Assembly: GCA_965216785.1 (NCBI GenBank) | Contig: OZ244197.1 | Location: forward strand, 1,120,001 to 1,184,000 | Length of the DNA: 64,000 nt | From: Thermodesulfobacteriota bacterium | GTDB taxonomy: Bacteria; Desulfobacterota_D; UBA1144; Nemesobacterales; UBA2774 | Direction: 5' to 3' | Position numbers and translations under genes: made by a program | Part shown: positions 30,514 through 39,211 of the stretch, in pieces | Position numbering within the stretch: position 1 is the first letter of the stretch | How the letters are laid out: each line of letters opens with the position of its first letter | Notes under the pieces: generated by a model | What the model was told of the DNA's origin: nothing | Seen by the model: the letters and a program-made list of their open reading frames with translations, nothing else | Databases searched by the model: none

Positions 30514-32352
30514 TTAATCCTGTATATCTATATAATCTTCCAGATACAAAGCGCCCCCATGCCCATGTAGCTCGAGGTTTCTAAATTTATATCTCAGCTT
30601 TTTTATATATTTACTTTTCATGAGCTGTATGATTCCAGGTTCTACTTCATCGTACTCTACATATTTATCTTGTAGTGGATATACCCTTATCCATTCAAAA
30701 ATATTTTGTATTTCATGCCTTAGCTGCAATCTTAGCTTAGCAAGTTCTTGGTCATCTTTAGCAGATTCTAGAAAGTTATATGCTTCCTTTATATTGTCTT
30801 TTTGTTTTAAAAATCTGTTCCTTTGGTCAACTAAATCTTTTATTTCCTGTCCAAGGCTTTTGTTTTTGATAAGCAATTTTTGTTTAGCTGTTCGTTTTTC
30901 TGTAACTTCTTTGTCATATATTTTCTTATTCTCTTCGTCATCTGTAATACTGATTGTTTGTAGTAAATTTTTAATCTGAGAATCCAGATCATTTAGTATA
31001 AAATTGTTCTCTGATATTATTTGTTCTTTTTCTTTCTTAAGCTTTGTCGTTTCATCTTCATCTGGTAATAGTTTGTTAATATCCAGTTCATCAAAATTCT
31101 CAAAGAATATCCTCTCAAATTCATTGTAACGTACTGACTTAGCTGTACAAACCATGTCTCTTCTACTAACTTCTAAATCCGGTATTTTTCGACGGTTTAA
31201 TTTAGCTGCAATCTTTGCATCAATTTGTTTTTGATCTTTTTTTATGTCTATTGAAACTTTATTTTTTCGTCTTCTGCTATCACAAATAAGGTATTGAACT
31301 CCTTTATCCACAAACTGCATTGAGCTTCCACATATACCACATTTAACAACATGTGAAAACAAGTTATTCCCTTTATCCTTATTACCTCCTCCACCACCAT
31401 TGCCAGGGAATTTACTATTTTGTCGAATAAGCTCTTGTACCCTGTAAAATAAACCTTCTTCAATTACCTTTGGATAGTAATCTTTTATGGGGTCACCTTT
31501 CGCAACAGGTAATTCCCTTTCTTCCTCGTTACCGTTTTTGATGATCGTTTTAGTTTTCATTTCATGTGGCTGGTATTCTCCGATTAATTTCCTATTTTTA
31601 AGTATTTTGCTTATGTATGCATCGCGCCAACCGCCAGACTTGTTTCTAGAACTTTTAGGTGGTTTCCAAACGTCTGGATCAGCATTTAGTTCTTTTTCGA
31701 TCTTATAACTCCCTTTGCCTTCGAGTCTTTTTTGAAAAATTAATTCTATTGCTTTACATGCTTTCTCTATTGGAACAAATTCAGGTTTGTCAGCCGATAA
31801 TTTAAGCCAGAGAGGACATTTAGCACTATATATTCTTAGTTCTTTTTTACGTAATTTCTCCCTTTTTTCTTCTAATGCTTCTCTTATACGTTTTGATTTT
31901 TTTAAAGATTCATTGTGAGCTGCAGTCATTAAGTAAATACTATTAGTAAGTAGATTTGAATTCTTATTGATACTGCTTCTGTCGTATTCCTGATCATCTT
32001 GTAATGTTACAATTTTGATCCCTTTTTTTATCAGTTTTATAAACAATGGTAAGGCGTCTAAGACTTTTTCACGTGACAGCCTATCTAGATGTTCAACTAT
32101 TAATACTGAACCTTTAGGAATCTCACCTTTATCAACCAAGTCAATAAATTCTTTAAGGGCACCGTAATGTCTGTTAAAACCTTTATATCCAGATTTTCCA
32201 AGGTCTTTGAATTTTTGACTTTCATCGAGTGTTAATTCATGTTCTCTAGCATAATCTTCTGCCTCTTTTTCTTGTCGTCTTAGAGAATCCCCTTTCTCCT
32301 GTTCAGGTGTTGAGAAACGTATGTAACTGTATGCTCTTGGCTTATTATCCAT
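30514..32352 (-). CDS. Large serine recombinase (integrase)
   Basis: YIRFST (catalytic Ser14), EHLDRLSR, recombinase domain, Zn-ribbon CGICG...LIC...C, coiled coil; 612 aa. Confidence 0.93.
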   Translation of the reverse strand: MDNKPRAYSYIRFSTPEQEKGDSLRRQEKEAEDYAREHELTLDESQKFKDLGKSGYKGFNRHYGALKEFIDLVDKGEIPKGSVLIVEHLDRLSREKVLDALPLFIKLIKKGIKIVTLQDDQEYDRSSINKNSNLLTNSIYLMTAAHNESLKKSKRIREALEEKREKLRKKELRIYSAKCPLWLKLSADKPEFVPIEKACKAIELIFQKRLEGKGSYKIEKELNADPDVWKPPKSSRNKSGGWRDAYISKILKNRKLIGEYQPHEMKTKTIIKNGNEEERELPVAKGDPIKDYYPKVIEEGLFYRVQELIRQNSKFPGNGGGGGNKDKGNNLFSHVVKCGICGSSMQFVDKGVQYLICDSRRRKNKVSIDIKKDQKQIDAKIAAKLNRRKIPDLEVSRRDMVCTAKSVRYNEFERIFFENFDELDINKLLPDEDETTKLKKEKEQIISENNFILNDLDSQIKNLLQTISITDDEENKKIYDKEVTEKRTAKQKLLIKNKSLGQEIKDLVDQRNRFLKQKDNIKEAYNFLESAKDDQELAKLRLQLRHEIQNIFEWIRVYPLQDKYVEYDEVEPGIIQLMKSKYIKKLRYKFRNLELHGHGGALYLEDYIDIQD

Positions 32353-32611
32353 ATTTATTCAGAAATACTGCTTTATATATAGGCTTAATATAACTGTTTT
32401 GACCACCGAATCCTCTACGATCTTATACTAATTTATCCTTATGTGTGTTTTAATTGAATCCCGCTTAGAACAACAAAGTATTTTCTAATATACAAGATTA
32501 TATTCTCTTCTCTTATTATTAACTAGACTAACGTTTCAGATGACAAAACGTCAGCATATTATGCTATTTGATAGAAAATGTAGATTATCTATAAAATATT
32601 TTGGGGTTATT

Positions 32612-32755
32612 GATAACATGACGCCTCAGGAGTATGCGAAAAAAAAACACAAAAAACCCATAAATCTCTAATTTACACGGTACAGCTTTTGGGTGAGGCT
32701 CATTCTCTCAAAAATCGAACTTATACTTTGGTCCTATTATAGGGGGGGCAGGTCA
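32612..32755 (+). mobile_element. Two tandem IS3-family right-end remnants
   Basis: DNMTPQEYAK OrfB-like tail; ends ...GGTACAGCTTTTGGGTGAGGCTCA (32702) and ...GGTCCTATTATAGGGGGGGCAGGTCA (32755). Confidence 0.55.
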
Positions 32756-32756
32756 C

Positions 32757-32879
32757 AAATGGCTGCGAGGTCATGACCAAGCCGCCGCTGTCAAGGAAGA
32801 TATCCCAGACCCAGATGAGCTGAAGACCGACATCGACGCATTAGAAACGTGGGTCGATGAAATAAGGAAACGGCGATGA
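32757..32879 (+). pseudogene. C-terminal remnant of a larger gene (resembles the tail of AAA/RloC-like ATPases)
   Basis: Start-less frame KWLRGHDQAAAVKEDIPDPDELKTDIDALETWVDEIRKRR* begins right after the IS end. Confidence 0.5.
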
Positions 32880-33027
32880 TAATTATCTGTGGCTCTAGCT
32901 TTATATAGAAATAATAGACGATCTACAAATCCGTATATGAATTTATATTTTTAAAGCCCCTTGAATTCCTTGCTCATTTTTTCAATTCACACAATCTCAG
33001 TGTATTATCTGATATTAAAATGAAACT

Positions 33028-34512
33028 ATGAACACGCCTATAACGGCTTCGATGCTCTATGACTTTTTATCTTGTCCCCACCGGGTTACAAATGACTTGT
33101 TTGAAGACCCGTTAAAGCGGGACAAACCAAATCCCTTTGTGCAACTTCTCTGGGAAAAAGGAACCCTCTACGAAAAAGAGGTCATGGAGAACCTAGAGAT
33201 TCCCTTTCTCGATCTTTCCGTATTTAAAGAGGAGGAAAAAGAACGGCTGACGCTCGATGCCATGGAGTGCGGTGAGCCGTTAATCTATAGTGGGCGTATT
33301 CAAGACGGTGACCTTCTTGGCATACCAGATTTACTCAGAAAAGAAGATGGAGGGTATATTGCCGGTGATATTAAATCCGGTGCCGGAGAAGAAGGACCAG
33401 AAGACCTTTCAAAACCTAAAAAACATTATGCCGTACAGCTCGCTCTTTACACGGATATCCTAGAGCTTAAAGGGTTGTCGGCAGGCCGCCGTGCGTTTGT
33501 CTGGGATATCCACGGCAAAGAAGTGATATATGATTTCACAGAAATTTTAGGCAAAAGGAATCCAAGAACTTTGTGGCAGGACTATGAAGATTGCCTGGCA
33601 GAGGTCAGGTCTATAGTTGAGAAAAAAAATACGACTCTGCCCGCTTACAGCAGCGCCTGCAAATTATGTCATTGGAATTCCACTTGTACAGACCAGCTGA
33701 CAAAAGACAATGACCTGACACTGATCCCAGAATTAGGGCGGTCAAGGCGTGATTCCATGCTTGATCACTTAGCCACAATGACTGACCTTGCCAGATCAAA
33801 TCTCACATCATTCATACAAGGTAAAAAAACGATTTTTCCTGGCATTGGACCTGGTTCTCTACAAAAATTTTATGAGCGGGCCAAGCTACAAATTTCGGAG
33901 AACCCAATACCGATAATTCGTGACAGCATCGGCTTTACAGATCATGAGTTAGAGCTGTTCTTTGATATTGAGGTCGATCCCATGCGGGATATCTGTTACC
34001 TGCACGGCTTTGTTGAGCGCCGAAATTATGATATATCAACGGAAAAATTTGTCTCTTTCTTCGCAGATGATGTATCCCCGGAATCCGAAAAAGCCACATT
34101 CGCTCAGGCGTGGGACTACATTCAGAACAACAGACCGTGCGCGATTTACTACTATTCAAAATATGAACGCACAATTTATCGCAAACTTCAGGAAAAATAT
34201 CCTGATATTTGCAGTGCGCAAGACATTGAAGAGCTTTTTGATCCGTCCCATGCGATCGATCTTTATAATGATATTGTTAGAAAGTACACGGAGTGGCCGA
34301 CTAAAGATTACTCAATAAAAACATTGGCCACCTTTCTTGGATTTAAATGGCGGGATACGCACCCATCAGGCGCGGCTTCTATTGAATGGTTCGACCGATG
34401 GGTCAAAACCGCCGATCCTGACGTGCGCCAGCGCATCCTTGATTACAATGAGGATGATTGTATCGCAACACGCATATTGCTGGACGGGATCAGACAATTA
34501 GTTCAACCGTGA
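33028..34512 (+). CDS. TM0106-family RecB-like nuclease with C-terminal RNase H-like domain
   Basis: CPHR, GIPDLL, DIKSG, QLALY, CKLCHWNSTC, FFDIE, YSIKTLA..LGFKWR, YNEDDC. Confidence 0.88.
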   Translation: MNTPITASMLYDFLSCPHRVTNDLFEDPLKRDKPNPFVQLLWEKGTLYEKEVMENLEIPFLDLSVFKEEEKERLTLDAMECGEPLIYSGRIQDGDLLGIPDLLRKEDGGYIAGDIKSGAGEEGPEDLSKPKKHYAVQLALYTDILELKGLSAGRRAFVWDIHGKEVIYDFTEILGKRNPRTLWQDYEDCLAEVRSIVEKKNTTLPAYSSACKLCHWNSTCTDQLTKDNDLTLIPELGRSRRDSMLDHLATMTDLARSNLTSFIQGKKTIFPGIGPGSLQKFYERAKLQISENPIPIIRDSIGFTDHELELFFDIEVDPMRDICYLHGFVERRNYDISTEKFVSFFADDVSPESEKATFAQAWDYIQNNRPCAIYYYSKYERTIYRKLQEKYPDICSAQDIEELFDPSHAIDLYNDIVRKYTEWPTKDYSIKTLATFLGFKWRDTHPSGAASIEWFDRWVKTADPDVRQRILDYNEDDCIATRILLDGIRQLVQP

Positions 34513-34725
34513 AGCATAGTTATATTTGACATGCTTGTTTATAAAACTGTTCAGTCCCATTCCGGCTATAGCCAAGTCTTTCATTTGTTCAATGTTGCTA
34601 CTTCCCGCACTTTGATAGGTATATAAATAGACTGACCTATCATTAAACTCGACCTTTATAAAATCAGTGCCGATTTCATAAGCTGCGACTCCGGAATCCC
34701 CTCCCAGGTTTTTGTAATGTGTCAT
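34498..34725 (-). CDS. Small conserved protein (KTSC-like)
   Basis: AAAGGAGA RBS before ATG 34725; GGDSGVAAYEIG...VYLY...GLNSFIN. Confidence 0.7.
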   Translation of the reverse strand: MTHYKNLGGDSGVAAYEIGTDFIKVEFNDRSVYLYTYQSAGSSNIEQMKDLAIAGMGLNSFINKHVKYNYASRLN

Positions 34726-34794
34726 GTATATTTCTCCTTTTCGGGTCATTCAGTCCCGAAATTAGTTTTTATTGCACGCTCCTGTGAATATCGC

Positions 34795-35079
34795 TCATAG
34801 TGGACATTGATCTAACGATAGCAAATTGTTGTTCCACTCTCCGTCCGCGTATGTACGAAGATACGGTGCTCTTCCAGCCGGACGCACTATTCCCACATCG
34901 GAGCGCTTCCCAGTTTGTGGGTCGGTCACATAAAACGTATTCGTCTTCGCCTCGATGCTGGCGATTACCTGCTCGCGGCTCCATATCCACCCGGTGACCG
35001 GATTGCCCAAATGAGTTATATGCTCATGTGGGCTCTGTGTATTTGGTTTGGTGATACAAGTCACTTTAACATCAGCCAT
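34795..35079 (-). CDS. DUF3892 domain protein
   Basis: ITCITK..HEHITHLG..WSREQVIASIE..FYV..YLRTYADGEWNNNLLSL; GAGGAG RBS. Confidence 0.85.
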   Translation of the reverse strand: MADVKVTCITKPNTQSPHEHITHLGNPVTGWIWSREQVIASIEAKTNTFYVTDPQTGKRSDVGIVRPAGRAPYLRTYADGEWNNNLLSLDQCPL

Positions 35080-35182
35080 ATTTTTCTCCTCGGGCCAGCA
35101 ACGTCTTCAGATATCGGCCCTTCATTATTTTTTTACGGACGCTATGCCCGTTTTGGGAATTTTACATTTACCCTTAGTTATT

Positions 35183-35267
35183 AAATGCTCATTTTTGGCT
35201 TATCATTGACATTGGGGTAAAAATATTTGTGTCTGTCTTGTCAATGACCGTTCTGAAACGAGCATTT
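35183..35267. promoter_or_regulatory. Back-to-back duplicated motif TGTCAATGA-N8-AAAYGAGCATTT (putative ECF promoters or operator)
   Basis: Copies at 35239-35267 (+) and 35211-35183 (-), symmetric about 35225. Confidence 0.65.
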
Positions 35268-35310
35268 TAATTTATGGGGCTGTGGATGTTAAAATGTTCA
35301 GAGGGCTTGA

Positions 35311-35922
35311 ATGACGAATGAACCTTCACGCCGCGTACCGAAAGAAGCGGCGGCAACACGTGCGGAGATTGAGGCAGAGATTGAGGCGCTCACTGACGAT
35401 CACTGGGTCAGATTGAAGCACTCTGCGGATATATATGTATATAAATTGGGCTGGAAAGCCGATGGTAGAACGGGCGACGACCTCATGCAGACGGCGCTAA
35501 TACAACTCCTAGAAGACACACGGCGGTGGAATAAAAATAAAGTCGATTTTTTTCAATTTCTGATCTGGGCCATGAGAAGCATATCGAGCAACTGGGCAAA
35601 TACTTACAAAAAGGATAAAACTCCCGTTTTGGAAGCTGATCTTCGACGAGAAAACAAAGAAGGTAAAACTTTCAGCCCGCTTGATCATGAACATGATCAC
35701 ACTCCAAACCCCGAAAACCAGCTGATCAACAGGCAAATACTCAAAAAGATTGATGGTTTATTCAATGACGATGATAGAGCGCAGATGGTATTGGAGGCAT
35801 GGAAGGAGGGATGTGACCATGCCGGTGTGCGTGAGCTTTGGGACCTATCCCAGAATGAGTACAATACAATCGTGCGCAGAATTCGCCGGAGATTAATTAC
35901 TGCCGGTATCACGCCCGACTAA
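35311..35922 (+). CDS. ECF-like sigma-70 factor
   Basis: Sigma2-like GDDLMQ...RRW...FLIWAMRSISSN; sigma4-like HTH ending NTIVRRIRRRL; 203 aa. Confidence 0.75.
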   Translation: MTNEPSRRVPKEAAATRAEIEAEIEALTDDHWVRLKHSADIYVYKLGWKADGRTGDDLMQTALIQLLEDTRRWNKNKVDFFQFLIWAMRSISSNWANTYKKDKTPVLEADLRRENKEGKTFSPLDHEHDHTPNPENQLINRQILKKIDGLFNDDDRAQMVLEAWKEGCDHAGVRELWDLSQNEYNTIVRRIRRRLITAGITPD

Positions 35923-35939
35923 GCTACAGGGGAGAAACA

Positions 35940-36389
35940 ATGCCTAAAGATAGGACTGACGAGGAAAAATTAAATGCTCTCATCGATGCTCTCGGTGACT
36001 CTGTTCTTGAGGCAAGAAATGATGAAATCCTCGAAGAGTTTCGCATGAGCGGGATTGATGTGGATGAGGAACCAGCACGCCTGAAAAAAATGATGCTGGA
36101 GACGGTCAAAGTGTTTGGCCAACGCTCCCTGAAAGCTGCCCGTGCAGCTTATGATCGAGAAATCGAACAAATGGAGAAAAAGCCGTATACAATTCCGGAA
36201 ACGGCACCAGAGCGTCGAAAACTATTCACTTTATTTACAAAGAATCCACGATTTGATCAATTTGTTACTGCCCAATACCGCAACTTGGAGGAACTTACCG
36301 ACAACGACATCAAAACCTATCTGGAAGATCTTGCCGAGCTGGGCATACTGCAAGAACTTGAACCTGAAGAACCCGATGGAAAAGAGTAA
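35940..36389 (+). CDS. Hypothetical acidic protein, candidate anti-sigma / protease substrate
   Basis: GGAG RBS; lies between sigma and IrrE genes and overlaps the latter. Confidence 0.65.
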   Translation: MPKDRTDEEKLNALIDALGDSVLEARNDEILEEFRMSGIDVDEEPARLKKMMLETVKVFGQRSLKAARAAYDREIEQMEKKPYTIPETAPERRKLFTLFTKNPRFDQFVTAQYRNLEELTDNDIKTYLEDLAELGILQELEPEEPDGKE

Positions 36390-37200
36390 TCATTTATTGA
36401 CTCCAGACGAGCTTTTAGACGAGCTCGGTATTACAACCGCGGATGAAATTGATATCGAGGCAATCGCTTTCCACTGTGGTGCAACGATCCGATACCGTCC
36501 GCTGACTGGTTGTGCCGCCCGTATTGTAGGAAATGGGGACAGCGCCATCATCACGGTTGATTCAGGTTCCTCCAACCGCGAAAGGCAACGTTTTTCTGCC
36601 GCCCATGAGCTTGGCCATTGGATGTATGACAGGGGTAGCATATCCTTCAGCTGCCAGGAATCACAATTCGTTGAAAAGTGGTTCCAGCACGATCCAGAAT
36701 CGCGGGCAAACAGATATGCTGGTGATCTCCTGCTCCCAGTCTCACTTTTTAAACCAGTTGCATCCACATTCAATGCAATTGATTTCGATACAGTTAAAAG
36801 TCTGGCCAGGTCGTTCGCCACGAGCTTGACTTCCACTGCGATCCGCATTGTAGAGCATGGACCGCTCCCGGCAATACTTATCTGTTACAGTGATGCGGGG
36901 CGGCAGTGGTTTGTACGCGGTTCTTACGTTCCCGATCAGCTATGGCCACCTCAAAAGCTTGAATCGGGTGCGTACGCTTATGATTTGCTTAAAGGTGGAG
37001 CGGAGCGTGAGTTTAAAGGGCAAGTTTCGGCAGAAGCTTGGTTCGATCACCCGATTGCCGAGCGTTATAACATTCAGGAACATTCTTTGCGAACAAGCTA
37101 TGGCGACGTATTATCTCTTCTTTGGTGGAAGAACGAGCAGATGTTGATAGATATTGACGAATACGAGGAAAAAAGAGCATACCGCAAGTGGGATGAGTAA
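36376..37200 (+). CDS. ImmA/IrrE-family Zn metallopeptidase
   Basis: RQRFSAAHELGH, ESRANRYAGDLLLP, FATSLTSTAIR HTH, GAF-like tail; likely start ATG 36376. Confidence 0.9.
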   Translation: MEKSNHLLTPDELLDELGITTADEIDIEAIAFHCGATIRYRPLTGCAARIVGNGDSAIITVDSGSSNRERQRFSAAHELGHWMYDRGSISFSCQESQFVEKWFQHDPESRANRYAGDLLLPVSLFKPVASTFNAIDFDTVKSLARSFATSLTSTAIRIVEHGPLPAILICYSDAGRQWFVRGSYVPDQLWPPQKLESGAYAYDLLKGGAEREFKGQVSAEAWFDHPIAERYNIQEHSLRTSYGDVLSLLWWKNEQMLIDIDEYEEKRAYRKWDE

Positions 37201-37426
37201 GCTCAAGGAACGTTTATGTGCAATAAAACTATAACTATGCGGAAGGGAGAATAAACAGAAGGAATAGAGTTTTACAGGCTGCTAAGGGCAAAGCCTCGGT
37301 TCTCCTTGTCGGCACGGAGCTGCACTGGCGAAAAGGCGATATTTACTATATGAGTTTCGGGAAAACTTCTGAATAATTGCATAGGGATATTTTACTAATC
37401 ATACTTAATAAGTATTGGATAATAAA

Positions 37427-38431
37427 ATGTCCTTGGGCAAAAACGACAAAGCCGATTTTTTAATCAGTTATACCTCTGTAAACGAAGATATCGCTGAGTG
37501 GATTGCGTGGCAGTTAGAAGAAGCTGGCTATCGTGTTGTGATCCAAAAATGGGATTTTATTCCGGGTTCAAGTTTTGTAAGAGAAATGCGCAAAGCATTG
37601 GAAATTGCTCATAGGATGATAGCCGTTATTTCTGAAGCATATTATAAATCAACATATGCCATGTCCGAATGGGATGCCGCTTTTGCTGAAGACCCGGATG
37701 GAACGAACAGAACACTGATCCCCGTTCGCATTGAAAATTTTGATGTTAGCGGACTAGCAAAGCCGCGAGTCTATATTGATATCGTCGGTTGCAATGAAGA
37801 CAAGGCAAGGCAAAAGCTTCTGGATGGTGTACAGGGAAAGCGTCTAAAACCAAGCAGCCCGCCAGCATACCCTTTTCCAGATCAGCCCGCTGATACACAG
37901 CAAGCCGGAAGGCATACACCCCGTAAGCCGCGACCAGCGATGTTCTCTACAGACACCGAGTCTGATGACGATGTCTATGTACCGCCGGTAAGGAAAACAT
38001 GGACGGATCAGGACAAGGATGTGTTTTTAAAAGGCGCTTTTGAGACTATGTATGATTATTTTGAAAAAGCGAAAGCGGCTCTGGAACGTGAACATTCGGA
38101 AATCGAAGTGAACTTGGAGCAACAAACATCACGAAAATTCGTCTGCCGACTCTACATGAACGGTTCAAAAAAGAACAGTTGTAAAATTTGGATTAGTGAG
38201 AGTTACGGTCATGGACAGATTGGATTTTCCGAAGGCTTCGCTGCCGAGTCAAGTAACGACAACAGCTACAATGAAATCCTGACTGTCCGTGAAGCGGATA
38301 ATGAACTATTTCTTTCTGCCAGTATGTTCACCTCGATCGGAGCAACATATGGCTTAGATAAAGACCGTCTGGCTCCTAAGCAGGCTGGCGAATATTTGTG
38401 GAAGCGTCTGACTGCAAGTCTTCGTTATTGA
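37427..38431 (+). CDS. TIR domain protein with unknown C-terminal domain
   Basis: DFLISY...WIAWQLEEAGY...WDFIPG...SEAYYKSTYAMSEW; Pro-rich linker. Confidence 0.85.
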   Translation: MSLGKNDKADFLISYTSVNEDIAEWIAWQLEEAGYRVVIQKWDFIPGSSFVREMRKALEIAHRMIAVISEAYYKSTYAMSEWDAAFAEDPDGTNRTLIPVRIENFDVSGLAKPRVYIDIVGCNEDKARQKLLDGVQGKRLKPSSPPAYPFPDQPADTQQAGRHTPRKPRPAMFSTDTESDDDVYVPPVRKTWTDQDKDVFLKGAFETMYDYFEKAKAALEREHSEIEVNLEQQTSRKFVCRLYMNGSKKNSCKIWISESYGHGQIGFSEGFAAESSNDNSYNEILTVREADNELFLSASMFTSIGATYGLDKDRLAPKQAGEYLWKRLTASLRY

Positions 38432-38440
38432 GCAGCTTGC

Positions 38441-38968
38441 TCAGCTATTCTTATAAGGGAAGGATAGGACAATTTCAGGATTTACCGGATCGGTTGTTTG
38501 TATCTTCCAGCTTGTAATGATAAACCCGTGACGTTCATGTAATCCCCTTGTAATTTCCCCAGTTTCAACATTAAAATATGGTCGCCCTAAACCGTATTCT
38601 GTGTTTACAAGAGCAAGCAACATTTTATCTTGTACGAAAACAAGCTCTCCCGGTCTGGGGTCAGCATAATAAAACGTCTTCGTGTTTTCGAGCTTTATTG
38701 AAGGAGCAAGCTGTAGCTGTGTGTGTAGATCAAAAACAGGTTGGCCACTTAGGACCGAAGGATTATATATAAAGGGGCTGGAAACCTTTCCGGAAGGATG
38801 TGGCAATGGTCCCAAGACAACAATAAGATCGGATTTTGTCTCATCGGTTTTTTGGTCAAAGCCTTTAGCTCCGTAAAAGTTTTCTGATGCCCCTAACGAG
38901 GCCATAAAAATATTTGTGTATTCAATATCTTCGAATGATTGTACATTACCAAATCTTTGCAAATTCAT
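38441..38968 (-). CDS. Hypothetical protein
   Basis: 175 aa ORF filling the gap convergent with the TIR gene; no motif recognised. Confidence 0.55.
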   Translation of the reverse strand: MNLQRFGNVQSFEDIEYTNIFMASLGASENFYGAKGFDQKTDETKSDLIVVLGPLPHPSGKVSSPFIYNPSVLSGQPVFDLHTQLQLAPSIKLENTKTFYYADPRPGELVFVQDKMLLALVNTEYGLGRPYFNVETGEITRGLHERHGFIITSWKIQTTDPVNPEIVLSFPYKNS

Positions 38969-39057
38969 GATTGTAGCTTACCATTTTTATGGATATAGGA
39001 ATGTACTAGACAATCGTCTCACCCGACAAATACAGTGTTAAATTTTGACTAGTGACA

Positions 39058-39085
39058 ACTTCCGATAAGAAAGCTTATGCAAACT
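39058..39085 (+). other. dif/pdif-like XerC/D recombination site
   Basis: ACTTCCGATAA-GAAAGC-TTATGCAAACT; 11-6-11 layout, arms 9/11 and 10/11 identical to B. subtilis dif. Confidence 0.65.
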
Positions 39086-39211
39086 CGTATATCGTATACC
39101 CCGCCCTCTAATTTTAAAATTTAAAATATTTTCGCATCCTCACGACTTTCTAAAATCTTTCAAATCAGTATTCTGATAGTATTTATTCTTAAAAGGAGCC
39201 GCCTATTTTTT

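Noticed and set aside
36142-36375. Long N-terminal extension of IrrE in the ORF track
   Set aside because: Overlaps the 149-aa gene out of frame; ATG 36376 gives a typical length
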